64,000 nt of DNA, taken from Octopus bimaculoides. Lineage: Eukaryota. Made by a program: the position numbers and the translations under genes. The stretch covers positions 44,699,614 to 44,763,613 of the forward strand of contig NC_068992.1 in the NCBI RefSeq assembly GCF_001194135.2, in the 5' to 3' direction. Below, piece by piece: positions 1-12,957 of the stretch. How positions within the stretch are numbered: position 1 is the stretch's first letter; each line of letters opens with the position of its first letter. The notes under the pieces are model-generated. The model was not told where the DNA came from and searched no databases. It worked only from the letters and a program-made list of their open reading frames with translations.

Positions 1-170
1 TATTTCTTTTTTTCTCCGTGTTTTTCTCCTTGTCTCCGTATTCTTTCTGTTGAAGAGCGTAGCTCGAAACGTCAAAGACTTTCCGTATTCCCGAGCGTCA
101 TACTAATATATACTTTTGTTATTTACACCACCTGTCCTCGTCTGTTGTTATTTTTTGTATATTCTCCCAT
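1..170 (+). mobile_element. Penelope-like (PLE) terminal-repeat remnant carrying a hammerhead fold, truncated by the window start
   Basis: Contains a minimal type I hammerhead (42-78) followed by a T-rich tail ending in (AT)n at 171. No RT or GIY-YIG ORF is visible, so the PLE assignment is inferred from architecture only. Confidence 0.5.
42..78 (+). ncRNA. Minimal type I hammerhead ribozyme fold (core variant CUGUUGA)
   Basis: Stem I TCTTT 42-46 / AAAGA 74-78; core CTGTTGA 47-53; extra A54; stem II GAGC-GTA-GCTC 55-65; GAAA 66-69; palindromic ACGT as stem III; GTC triplet 71-73. Confidence 0.65.
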
Positions 171-2370
171 ATATATATATATATATATATGTAACTTATA
201 TATCATACGTATATATATATATGAATACACCAAAAGGAAGTGAGCGAGGGGAGAGAGGGAGAGAGAGAGAGGAAGAGAGGTGAGATATAAAGTAGGTGAG
301 ATAGAGAAAGAGAAGGAGAGATGGGAAAAGAGAGTGTGAGAAGAATAAAGGAAATTTCCGTATTATTTATGCAAGATCATTTTCTGCAGACATATTACCA
401 TATATGTTTTTGTCAGAAATATATTGCTGTGCAGTATATCATTTATGAAAGAGAAATGTTATTACAATATAATATATTTGTATAACTAAAATTATGTTTG
501 CTAAGTTGAAGAATAAAAGTTAACAAATTCAATTTCGTGATTGATTCTGAAGCTGGGAAATAATTCATTTCAGCAGTCACTAGCATCATTTTTCAAACTC
601 AGGTCTGAATCAAAAGAATATAAAATATATTTCCTGGTTTTCCTGCTATTTGATTCTTTTGACGAAGCTCTCTATAGTTTCAGTAGAGATATGACAATAG
701 TTTGATTTGTTCGTTTTCCGGAAATTAATACTCTTGGCTCTATAGAGGCACCAGCTAGACAGGGTTATCCACTAAGAGAACAGAAATACTTATATTTTTG
801 TTACGTTGCTCCAATCCACTCTGGTCGTCAATAATGGCGTGAATATTAATGACATGAATCAGTTTGTTTTGGATTTAGAAACTATAAAAAATATTGAGTT
901 CATACAACAGAAAACGTGTATGTGTGTGTGTGTTTTGTGTAGGCGTGTGTATGTGAGAAAGAATTAGAAGGGTGAGAGAAGCACAAAGGATATACGAAGA
1001 GACATAGAATAAAACATAAAAGGTTAATAGAAATAAGTACATAAGTAACAGAACTTACTGATATTTGAGTTGGTGTTGCATTAGAATATATGGCAGGATA
1101 GAGGTTTCGTTTCTTATACTAACAATAACGACAGCGAAGTCTTCATATTGTAAATTTCCGCCATTAAAAAGAGTACCCTGGATATTGCAGTTTGAATACA
1201 CTATATGTGAAAGTTTGACTAGATGTTCCCGAGGTCATCGTTTTAACCCACATCTGCTTGATTCGGAATGATCAGAGACTAAACAGCAACTATTAACGTA
1301 TTTATATCTCCCAATCATTTCTTCTATTTTGTTATCAAAATTACAGCTTACGGATTCTATTTTGGCAACTGTTCTACCTCATTGCATTATTGCAGATTGT
1401 GACATCAACAGTGAATAAAGAGACCTCTGGGAATGTGTCACAAAAGATTCTTGAGATCCAGCTTTTGACAGCAACACCGTAAATATAATGATTGATTATA
1501 CCATTTTCCAGACTTAATTGATTTTATCAAGAACAAGAAAAAGGATGTCTATACAAAATATCAAATATAAAAAAAAAACAAGCAACTTTACCGCAATTTC
1601 ACAAAATTTGAAAAAAACATTTTCAAATAAACTGTTTATTTTTCATATATACAATAGACAAAACCTTCCGTCGTATTTAGAATATAAGTAAGAAATTAAT
1701 AAACATCTAACTTCACAAACAACAGACTGCAAAAGCAATTAAGATGACAAAATAGCCGTTGGAACAAACCGTATTTCAATATTAATTATTATAACACCTC
1801 TGGTTAGCATTTCTCCTGCAATTTCGCATAGTAATTCACTTTATAAATTAGGAGAAAAGGAAAACAACTATATCTTTCAAAACTTTTGAGCTGCAGGATA
1901 AATGTGCTAAGTATTTATTTCTTTAAACAAATATCAATTTAAGCTGCAGCTAACACACATTGAATACAACGGAGATAATTGATTAATATGATGTTTCTGA
2001 TGCTTCCTTGTATTTGCACTTTTTTTCTTCGTATTCCACTTGAAAAAAAAATATAAATATGACTGTTGTTAAAAGAAAATATGCCGGAGAGAAAAATTGT
2101 TTCCTGTAATTTGAGGACAATATATTTCTGAGTTTCAAGGATAAATACACAATTAGGGATATTCCATAAGGTGTATTCCTGTACATTCCTGTCATTAATA
2201 TTTTGACCCCAAAAGGAAAAATAGCAAAGTCGACTCTGTTGGGATTTGAAGTCAGTGGAAACAAACGCAATGAAATAATCAATAGATTTTCTCCGGCACG
2301 ATTAAACATGTCAATCATAGCTCTGTGAACAGTGATATCTATGTTTTTTAATATAAGAAGACATTTTAAG

Positions 2371-2444
2371 ACGGGCAAAATACCTAGCGGTATTTCCTCT
2401 GTTTTTACGTTCTGAGTTCAAATACCGGCGAGGTCGACTTTGCC
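2371..2444 (+). mobile_element. SINE family A fragment
   Basis: Matches the other window copies: gggcaaaatacctagcggtatttc...ttctgagttcaaat...gaggtcgactttgcc. Confidence 0.8.
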
Positions 2445-2528
2445 ATAATTTTTAACAGGAATTTTCCTTCAACTATCACCGGCGTTCCTATGTTTTTAAA
2501 AAACATCTTTTGCAGAGAACAGTTGTTG

Positions 2529-2591
2529 TTTAGAGAAACTGATGAGATGTCTAGCTCATGCTTGATATGAAACCAATGTTATTTCTCTAAA
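2529..2591 (+). ncRNA. Type I hammerhead ribozyme fold, canonical core
   Basis: Perfect 10-bp stem I TTTAGAGAAA 2529-2538 / TTTCTCTAAA 2582-2591; CTGATGA 2539-2545; extra G2546; stem II ATGTC/GATAT plus AGC/GCT with TCAT loop 2547-2568; GAAAC 2569-2573; TTA triplet 2579-2581; stem III imperfect. Confidence 0.75.
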
Positions 2592-4121
2592 TTTATAACG
2601 TTGTACATATAAAAATAAGCAACTGCTCTATTTATTTTAGGGTATGTTCTTTTTGACATATATCTTATAACGAAGATATATGTGTGTGTGCATGTGTGTA
2701 CGTGTGTATGTGTGCGTTTGTGTATATGTGTGTTTAACAGCTGACAGTGGATCTATTTTTATAGTTTAAATGCAAAAAAATATCTAAAACAAGGATACTG
2801 GCGACTGATCCAATAGCAGGAAAGTCATAAGCTTTCAGTGTATCGACCTAAAACTTAAAGCCACTCCTTGTGTGATATGAACTTATAACATAGAATGACG
2901 TAACTATGACTTGGAAAGGATTCATTATATTCCTGCAGTGCTCCACCCATCTCTTTACTTAAGAAAGCAATGTAGCAATGTTATGTACTTGCCTACATAA
3001 TTTACTTTCTTAATTAATAATTTCTGATCTAGGTCGATATCAGATTTCAGACAAAGAACACCAGTTTTAGTTCGTAGATATATCATTTTAATCTAAATCC
3101 TTTGAATAGCAATAGAACAAGTCAAGCGTGAAGAATTAAACACTTTAATCACTAAGTTCATTCATCTGTAGCATTCTGCAGACTCTCTTGCTTGACATCA
3201 CAAGTGGAACAAAGACAACATTATGTATTTGTTAGTTGTTTCTTATAATATTGATGATAAAACTCCTCAAATTGTTTTGTGTTTCCGCTGAGTGCAATAT
3301 CAAAATAAATCTTATAATGCTTTATTTCTTTCAGAATAATGATTTCAGGAACCAATTCTAATAGAATTTCTCGCTCACATTCTCCTTCCTACTTTAAATT
3401 TACAGTGTATAACATTACATATGATGCTCATGATGATGATAATGATGATAACAGTATTGACAATAATACAAATAATGTTAGCACTAATGAAACAATAAAT
3501 AAATATGAAATTGGTGACGAGTAAAGATTGCAATAAAAAATAAATCGGAAATATACATTTAAAAATATTAAGAGAAAAGAAAACTATCAATAAAAACACA
3601 GTTAATTGCCAAGTTAATCAATATTCTGGAAATTACCCTGTTTGTTCTGTAATAGAAGTAGTAATTAACACATAATTATAACATATATATATATATATAT
3701 ATATATATCGATATATGCATATATACATATATCGATATCTGCATATTTTCTATCAGTCTTTTGAAATTGCAATTTCCTTAGTTAAATAACGTGAAAGAAA
3801 ATCCATGAAGAAGTTACCAGTCATACTCAAAGTGAACACTTTACAGTGAAATTCGTCACTATGCACCCCTTTATTCATTAGGATAAATCCTGGGGTTAAA
3901 AAATGGTAGTAACGAAGATCCGTACGGAACGGCCATGTTGAAGTGACAACAAGCGTTAATTTTCAGTATTGTTAGTACTTACATCCCATATAGAGATTTT
4001 AGAACTAGCTACTTCGCTTATACACGCATGCACACGCGCACACACATAATATATATATATCAACATTTATATACATACATACATATGGAACACACCACAC
4101 ACATACACACGCACACACACA

Positions 4122-4490
4122 TACAGGGCGTTCAGGTTAAATTTGACAATTTGCAGAAGAGGAAAAGAGAACATGTTGTCGCATGCAAAAATAAATGTAT
4201 TATATAAAAATTCAAAAATAGATTATCGTTAGGAAATAATAGTCTACTCAAAGTAGCGTAGCCGAGCTTCCCCCACCACCTCAAGACGGATATGAAACCT
4301 AGCGAATGCGCTCCTCAAATTGTCCCTAGCAAACACCTCGTTGATGTTGGCTAGAGGGATTAGGAGGATAAAAATTGGAGCTAATGAAGTCTCTTTAATT
4401 CTTTGACAATCACTTTTCACTCTTTCCAGCAGTATTGCAAGTATCGGAATCCTCCTGCTACACATATGTCCTCCCAGCAACAACTCTCTC
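4122..4490 (-). mobile_element. Tc1/mariner-superfamily DNA transposon 3' remnant
   Basis: TA-CAGGGCGTTCAGGTTAAATTTGAC TIR-like end at 4122. The minus-strand reading ends ...AFARFHIRLEVVGEARLRYFE*, resembling transposase C-termini. Confidence 0.6.
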
Positions 4491-5336
4491 TAGTCAGGGA
4501 ATGACCACAGTTTCCAAGAGCTTCACATGGTTATTATATATAAGAATTACGTGCTGAATTATAGGTATATAAAGAGAAGTATAAGAATTTTATACTTGAG
4601 GAAGTAATAAGTATTAAGTAATATCGAATTCGATGTTTGGAGGTCAAATTCGAAACAGTATTCTCGCTGTGGCCTCACGAAGCTATAAAAATTATAGCCT
4701 ATAACGTTTTGCTCATCAAATTGGAAAATTCTCAGGTTCCAAGAGATCATTATGCGAGTTTAATCAGTAATGATTTTTGAAAAATAACTATTAATATTAA
4801 TTTTAATAAACTTTTATCTATTAGATCTGTGAGTGTTTTATTCAGGATCTGAAATAATTTCTTGTATTTCAATCCGTTATTAAATAGATATGAAATAGTT
4901 TGTCTTCAAATGCATTTAAAGTCGACATTTAAATTCTTCAAATCAATACATTTATGAACACTCGCGCACAAACATCCCTCCCCCCATATATATGAATATA
5001 TATACATGCAAATACATGCATATTCATCGATGCATGCATGTGTGTATGTATATATTTTTTTATGCCTGAATTCAAGTTAGAAGAGTACGAAGAAACAAGC
5101 AGAGCAATGGTGGTTGTTTGAAGAATCAGTGATATATAATTTAATAGACCTAAATATAATTAATAACTTACTGAGTTTTAGTTCCAGATATAATATACTC
5201 CAGCTATTTTGTTTGTTTTCCTTACTCTGATATAACACTTGATTTAGATCCCACACTCCATTAGAAACTGTTTAACTTTATCTTCCAGTATTTAATTAAA
5301 TAAAAGCGTTATTAATTCGATTCTAGAATGCATGTA

Positions 5337-5337
<1 letters not shown>

Positions 5338-5411
<74 letters not shown>
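5338..5411. repeat. (TATC)n microsatellite
   Basis: Directly visible. Confidence 0.97.
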
Positions 5412-5480
5412 ACATACGTATTGAGATACACACGCAGACACATACACACACACATATATATACATATATATATATATATG

Positions 5481-5536
<56 letters not shown>

Positions 5537-6277
5537 ATATAAATACATATATATANNNNNNNNNNNNNNNNNNNNNNNNNNNNNNNNNNNNNNNNNNNNN
5601 NNNNNNNNNNNNNNNNNNNNNNNNNNNNNNNNNNNNNNNNNNNNNNNNNNNNNNNNNNNNNNNNNNNATATATATATATATATATATATGCATGCACGCA
5701 TGTACATGCATGCACGCATGTACATGCATGCACGCATGTACATACATGCACGAATACACTCACACTCACTCCACTGACAGACAGAGACACATTTACACAT
5801 CCTATAGACTTCTGTAATTTATAATTAATGGAGGATGTAATGTGCAACTACGGAAAATGTTTTCAACAAAATTATGCCTGTAAATGTATACAGATATATA
5901 TAGGAAAGATGGCCTGAACACTGTATAAGACGAAATTGAATTAATGTTATTTGAGGAAAACTAATAAATAAATATAAAAAGAAAGTATGTTCATTATGGC
6001 TTCATTGTGCAAAGTGTATATCTGCAAATCTCTACCACTAGCAGCAATGAATTGATAATTAAATATAAAAAGTTTATTTTGGTATTATACAAGTCACGCA
6101 AGTGGTATGAAAGTGTTCGTTGTTTCAAGTATTTGTCAAAAGATTTATTGCGCTAATCTGTTAGATATATTTCAGTAATTCATTAATTGCACTGAAAACT
6201 GATTTGTTACTTTTTCTACTGCTTTAAATACTCCATTTGGAATCTGGAGTAGGTTTCAGTTCATTTGTCTGTGTGTG

Positions 6278-6319
<42 letters not shown>

Positions 6320-6657
6320 TCACTAAGTGCGACTGAGTATGCCCGCCTATTTCGGAGACATCATTAGTAGTGACTGTCCAAATGGTCTATAGTTTGGTTC
6401 AATCCGTCTACCATTATATATATTTTTACCATAAAAATTCATAGCAGATTTCGCGAAATGCTAATACTTATACTAAAAATTGATATAAGCAGCTAGGCAC
6501 GGTGCCAAAGGACCTGCATAAAAAGGTCAAGCCTCTACATATAAAGATCAACTGCAATCCCTTCCGCTTAACCTTTCTTATGTGTTTGTGTATTCAAAAC
6601 TAGCCACGAGTCCTTTTCTCCCTCCAATTCGCAAAGTGGTTATAGGCCACCGGCCAT

Positions 6658-6711
6658 TAGGGTCTGACGAGGCTTTTGTAAAGCCAAGCACTCTATGGAC
6701 GTTAAACCCTG
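6658..6711 (+). ncRNA. Degenerate hammerhead-like fold
   Basis: CTGACGA 6664-6670; 6-bp stem II GGCTTT-TGT-AAAGCC; stem I TAGGGT/ACCCTG; the GAAAC box reads AAGC and is broken. Confidence 0.45.
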
Positions 6712-6826
6712 GGTAACTCGATGAACCGGCAATAGCCATCTTTATCTAAATACTCTACCGCTTAATAATTTAGAGTGTGCTCTTCTCTTTCAGATTCATC
6801 ATTTACTAACGATATGGCTGTGTGAA

Positions 6827-6990
6827 AGGCGTGGTTGTGTAGTAAGAAGCTTGCTTACCAAATACATTATGCCGGGTTTAGTCCTACTGCGTAGCACTTT
6901 GAGCTTGTGTCTTCTCATATAGCCTCTGGTCAACCAAAACCTTGTGAGTGGATTTGGTTGACGGAAAGAGAAAGAAAACCTGTGTCGTGT
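6827..6990 (+). mobile_element. SINE family B (tRNA-like head), 5' part
   Basis: ggcgtggttgtgtagtaagaagcttgc...gggtttagtcctactgcgt...gtgagtggatttggttgacggaaa; homologous to the copies at 37196 and 41636. Confidence 0.85.
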
Positions 6991-7157
6991 GTGTCGTAGT
7001 GTAGCTGATAGACTCCAAGAATGTGTCAATGTTCACGTCGGACATTTTGAGCATTTACGGGACTAACGTTGTACAATGTTTTTTTTTTTAAATAAAAAAT
7101 ACGAAATATACAACTATATTGCTGAAAGCCTACCTTTGCACCACCCTGTACATATTC

Positions 7158-7240
7158 GACGGATTTGTATCAGTTTCCGTCTACGATATTCAGTCAGAAG
7201 ACTTTGTTTCGGCCCTAGGCTATAGTAAAAGACACAGTTG
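7158..7240 (-). mobile_element. SINE family B fragment
   Basis: cgacgg...cagtttccgtctac...ggctatagtaaaagacac matches the reverse complement of family B. Confidence 0.7.
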
Positions 7241-8158
7241 CGACCGTAGAATAGGAAAGTGTTGAAATATCAATGTTATCTTTTTTGTTTCTCAGACACA
7301 TAAACATATACTTTAATATATTTTTATGTGTATGTGTGTGTGTACGTGCGTGTATTTATGTATCTGTGTTTGTGTGTGTTCACATGCACACATTCATCTA
7401 TACGCACATATATTGCTAATGGTGACAACTTCTAAAAGAAGTTATAATTTATCGTTAGAATTAAATATTTGAAGTTCAGTCTGAGAGTGATAAAATATTT
7501 AACCCATAATTGTTAGCCTGACGAGATATTTACTTCGCCTACGGTTCTTCAGGATCTAAAGAACATTATCTAGAGGATCAGACTTATAAGCTATTTTATT
7601 TTAAAGCAAACCAGTATATATGCATACACTGATATGCTTTATGTGCGTACATGTACGAAGTTTCCTTAGTTGTGTAGGAGAAATAATGTTTACGTGTTTG
7701 TATACATACAAGTATCCTACTATCGTTACATTACTTTTTTCTTATTCTTTTTCTTCTTTATTTTCCCTTTCCTTCCTCTTCCCCATTTCCCGCCAAATGA
7801 GCTTTTATTATTCATATTTTGCATTAAACAGTCTAGCTTCCGGCGCGCTGGCTACACATTATTGATGTCACATATACCTTAATGAGATTATAATCTACTG
7901 CAGTCACTAAAACCACTCCCCTTCGTATCTCTCTACGATTCCAATCTCCGATTCCAATCTCCACCCTCAAATTTGTTTTATTTCTTTCTACTAACGCGGC
8001 GGTTTTTTGCCTTTTACGTTACTGCAGAGCTATAGTTGTCGACTGCCTCTTCCATCCGCTTTTATTTAGAAACTTAAATAGATGTATATCTGTGTATGTG
8101 CGCATGTACGTATGTTTATCAGTTTGTATGTATGTATGTATGTATGTATGTATGTACG

Positions 8159-8209
<51 letters not shown>

Positions 8210-10019
8210 ATGTATATGTGTATGCGTGTGTGTTTGTCTATAAAAATTTATTTGTATTTGTGGATATGCATATGTTCTTTTATGTATGCGATTATGTATT
8301 TATAACTGACAACCACAGCAGTAATTGTTTTCACCTCAATAGACGTCATTGATTGGTTGAAATTACCGAAATACGACAACTTTAACACGAAATAACTTCG
8401 AGAATAAAGAATTTTCTTAAAAACGCCAAGAGTAAATGATGTTTCGGGCCTCGTGCCTAAATTAGAAAAGAATATTTTCTAAAATAATTATTGTGATCAT
8501 GTCCTAATAACTTCTTTAAAACACACTTATTGTTATATTCATTTACATATGTTAACATCAGAAGATTTTGTTGTACAATACGTAATAAAACTTTCATTTA
8601 GAATTCAGTCGACCTCCAACTCATCCTGGTACACTCATTGTTCTTCTAGAGAAAAATAAATTTCAAATACAACAGTCGATTATAACATTTTCTCTGATGT
8701 GTGTCCATTCGTCAATGCTGGACATTATTATTTCATTAGATGTTTAAGTCTTTGTTTCGGATACTCTCCGATACCCACTACTCAGCTACTGTACTCTCAG
8801 ATAGAGATTCAAATATTCACCACGGGGTTACTGATATTCTTGATATATATGTACTTGTATGTTGATAGACTATTGATAGATAATTACTACATCATCACGG
8901 ATGCTCCAAGGATCACTGAAAATCTTGCTATTTACGACATGGTCTAAAATAGTTTGGGATATTTTCAAAATTGTCACAAATAACTAATAGATATTTCCTA
9001 CCGAACCCCTGATATGCTTTATATCTATGTCCTGGTCTCTCTTGCACTCAGATGTTAATCAGCTATTCACCGTTACTATATATATATTTATCTAAATTAT
9101 GTATGACGATAAAACATTTTATAGACTAGACTATATGTAATTATTATGGGACAAATATCGGTCTCTTCTATCACAAATCACACTGAAGATTAAGCATCAG
9201 CTGAAAAATTGTCATAACATCAGAAATACATATAAAAATTATATCCACGCCAGATGCCTGTAAATAAGAACATTATTTCAATTCAAATTTCTCAGCACTA
9301 TAGCTTGCCCAAAATGTGAAATTTCTGTTTAAAGCACCAAAAATCTATTTAGGTGCTACAATGTTATACCAAGAATATTCACATAAGTATTTTAACCAGT
9401 CTCTTATGATCGTAACATCATACCTATTCTATTGTCGCAGTATTATCACATTATCATGCATATTCTACATTACACATAAAACCTCTAAATGCAATGCCAA
9501 AACAATATTTCAAAAGTCAGGTTATAGATTTTAGCAAAAAATCGTTTTATCTCTAGGCTTAAACACACTCACACACAGAGAGGTATATGCACATACACAC
9601 ATACGCACATAGATACATTGCTGCAGATATCCATCTGCACATATAGATTATATGTGCAGCTAGCGTGGCACCTCTACAAAATCTGATTCTATCATATACT
9701 TCTTTCGTCACATCCTTTGAACAGTTTATCATTCCATTCTGAAATGAAAATATATGCATTAAGTTTAGATTGAAATTAGATAAACATTTATGCACAGACA
9801 TATATATGTATTTATTTATGCATGCATATATATATGCCAACACACGCAAGCACTTACATATGTATGCGTACCCACAATATAAATACATACAGTTTGTGAG
9901 TGTATAGACACATACACGCACGCACAAACACATATGTACAAAAAATATAAGTATATATATATATCCATACAAGAATGTATACGCATATGTACAATGGTGT
10001 GTGTGTATATGTGTGTTTG

Positions 10020-10050
<31 letters not shown>

Positions 10051-10973
10051 ATTCATATATATATTTGTATATATATATATATTCATATACACGCAAGTAT
10101 GTATCTATGCATGTGGTTCTCTATGTATGAGATTGTCTCAACACACACATACTTGCATTTGCATGTGTTACGTGTGAAAATTTTTCTGTGTATGTCGCAA
10201 CGAATGTGCGAGTTTGTGTGTATCAGTGTATGTTGAAATTTACGAGCACACGCACACATTCTCACACGTGCACACGGAACGTATACATACGCAGACACAC
10301 AAACGGACACACATACACTTACATATGCAATATACACCTCTCCATACAAATACATGCACATACATACTCCACAAACGCACGCACACACATACATTTACAC
10401 ACCTTTCTATGGGGCTCCGTTCAACGTAACAATAAATAAATGAAAAAGTAAAAACTCACTTTGTTGAATTTAATAATTCCACTTACTACTTCAGTGTTTT
10501 AATCCTTAACCAAAAAAAAAAAATATATATATATAAATAAAAATAAAATAAATAAATAAAATAAAAGGAAAAATATAAACTAAGGCGTAAACAAAATGTG
10601 AAAGATAAACAAAACTTACACGGAAACTCCATGTAAAACAGTATTATAGTATGTATGTACGTATGCATACGTGTATATATGTATGTATGTATGTATCATG
10701 TATTTACTCTTCCAAGTACATATGTATGTTTACGTTTATNNNNNNNNNNNNNNNNNNNNNNNNNNNNNNNNNNNNNNNNNNNNNNNNNNNNNNNNNNNNN
10801 NNNNNNNNNNNNNNNNNNNNNNNNNNNNNNNNNNNNNNNNNNNNNNNNNNNNNNNNNNNNNNNNNNNNNNNNNNNNNNNNNNNNNNNNNNNNNNNNNNNN
10901 NNNNNNNNNNNNNNNNNNNNNNNNNNNNNNNNNNNNNNTATATATGTATATAAATGTATATCTATATATCTAT

Positions 10974-11043
<70 letters not shown>

Positions 11044-11429
11044 ATGTATACGTATAGAAACGCATCTGACTATATAAATTCATAGGCATGTATGTACGTA
11101 AGTACGTACCCACACCATATATTCTTATGCCATTGTTTCTAAGTTTATACTAACTCTCTGCGCTCGCGCGCGCGCACAAAGATTCGTACAGACACACTCA
11201 CACACATACACACACGCACACACAAATTCGCACACATGTATATACGCATAGCCACAAAGGGAAAAACGCAGAATACGGAGGTTATATATAGATGAATCTT
11301 GTGTGTTTACGTACATAATCAGATAAATGATACTCTCTGAATTTATATAGGTATTTTATGCATTTTACATTTTGTATACATCCATTCATTATATATATAC
11401 ATACATAATATGTATGGATATACATGTAC

Positions 11430-11467
<38 letters not shown>

Positions 11468-12435
11468 NNNNNNNNNNNNNNNNNNNNNNNNNNNNNNNNN
11501 NNNNNNNNNNNNNNNNNNNNNNNNNNNNNNNNNNNNNNNNNNNNNNNNNNNNNNNNNNNNNNNNNNNNNNNNNNNNNNNNNNNNNNNNNNNNNNNNNNNN
11601 NNNNNNNNNNNNNNNNNNNNNNNNNNNNNNNNNNNNNNNNNNNNNNNNNNNNNNNNNNNNNNNNNNNNNNNNNNNNNNNNNNNNNNNNNNNNNNNNNNNN
11701 NNNNNNNNNNNNNNNNNNNNNNNNNNNNNNNNNNNNNNNNNNNNNNNNNNNNNNNNNNNNNNNNNNNNNNNNNNNNNNNNNNNNNNNNNNNNNNNNNNNN
11801 NNNNNNNNNNNNNNNNNNNNNNNNNNNNNNNNNNNNNNNNNNNNNNNNNNNNNNNNNNNNACACACACGCACACACATGTATATTCAGTATTATTTCACT
11901 AACAATATACCCATTTCTCCCTATGGAATATTTTATATAAAGAGATTATACGAGATAAAATACCTTTTGTCGTTAAAATTGTAACATAATGTTTGGAGTT
12001 GAAGAGTACTGTACGTGTTTGTAAATCCTACATTTCTTTGTAAATCACGAAATAATAAACAATGATTCCTTCACATAAAGATAGAGAAGAGAGAAAAGAT
12101 GTATTATAGATTTGTGTTTCACATCAGATAGTTGAAAAAATGATGAGTCAAATGATAAACCCTTGGTTCTATATTTCTGGCAACTGTGGAAAATATCGCG
12201 TCTTTGGAAGTTGCAACGTTATAGTTGATACGTTTGTATGCCTTTCTTTTGAGACACCTTGTTATTATATATGATTATTTTTATGCTTTAGGGGAATATA
12301 TAAAAATTGTTCCTCCTTGCAAACATTGATTGTGAAAATGTTTGCTTATTCGAATAGATTAGTATTTGGAATGCAGACCTGAATTCTCTGTCAAAAGGAC
12401 CCATTTGGAATATTAGAAATCGCCACTCTCTGCCG

Positions 12436-12904
12436 GATATAGCTCCGTCTCGCTTGCGGTAGGGAGCTAATCTCTCTTGTCAGTCATTAGATAAGTGCTT
12501 CTTGCGGCTAAGAGTAGCTCTGACTCTTATTTCTAGCAATACTTGTGCTGACTAGTACCTTTAGGTACCATAGGGACGTTTATGCTTGTGCCTTTTGGTT
12601 GTAAATTGCGAGAAAGCCACCTTGATAATTTATAATTTCCACATTTAGCGTTTCTTGAATCAGCCACTGATTCCTGCGCTATTTTCTAAATACGGACGAA
12701 GCGAGCTAGCTTTAACCCTCGGCGAACGGGTGAGAGTCACTGATGAGGTTTAATCAATGCCGAAACCATCGATGATATGGCCCTGTCTCGCTTGCTGTAA
12801 GGAGCTAGTTTGCCTTGTAGTTCATTGGATAAGTGCTTCTAGTGGCTAAGAGTTGTTCTGACTCTTATTTCTAACAACACGGGTGCTGACCTAGTCACCT
12901 TAGT
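12436..12904 (+). mobile_element. Partial tandem repeat (period 338 bp) with a type I hammerhead at the unit junction; retrozyme/PLE-like
   Basis: 12436-12564 aligns to 12774-12903 at about 80% by eye. The hammerhead core is at 12740-12777 and the array ends at a (TG)n tract at 12908. Confidence 0.65.
12732..12784 (+). ncRNA. Type I hammerhead ribozyme fold, canonical core, palindromic stem III
   Basis: CTGATGA 12740-12746; stem II GGT/GCC; GAAAC 12762-12766; palindrome CATCGATG 12767-12774; ATA triplet 12775-12777; stem I GAGAGTCA / TGGCCCT with one mismatch. Confidence 0.7.
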
Positions 12905-12912
12905 AACGTGTG

Positions 12913-12957
<45 letters not shown>

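Noticed and set aside
1983-2378. 131-aa minus-strand ORF
   Set aside because: It starts inside a SINE fragment, has no recognisable motif and has AT-driven composition.
1396-3524. Two-exon plus-strand model (1396-1478 joined to 3335-3524) ending in a D/N-rich tail
   Set aside because: Phase-compatible, but the donor is weak (gtaaat), the product is low-complexity and no family is recognised.
7510-7560. CTGACGA box
   Set aside because: No downstream GAAA box or stem I pairing.
8830-9060. Similar peptides TDILDIYVLV and PDMLYIYVLV about 175 bp apart
   Set aside because: The match is short, both frames are closed by nearby stops and there is no splice support.
9175-9220. CTGAAGA...GAAAA...GTC arrangement
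   Set aside because: Stem I does not close, stem III is mismatched and there are three extra core nucleotides; compatible with chance.
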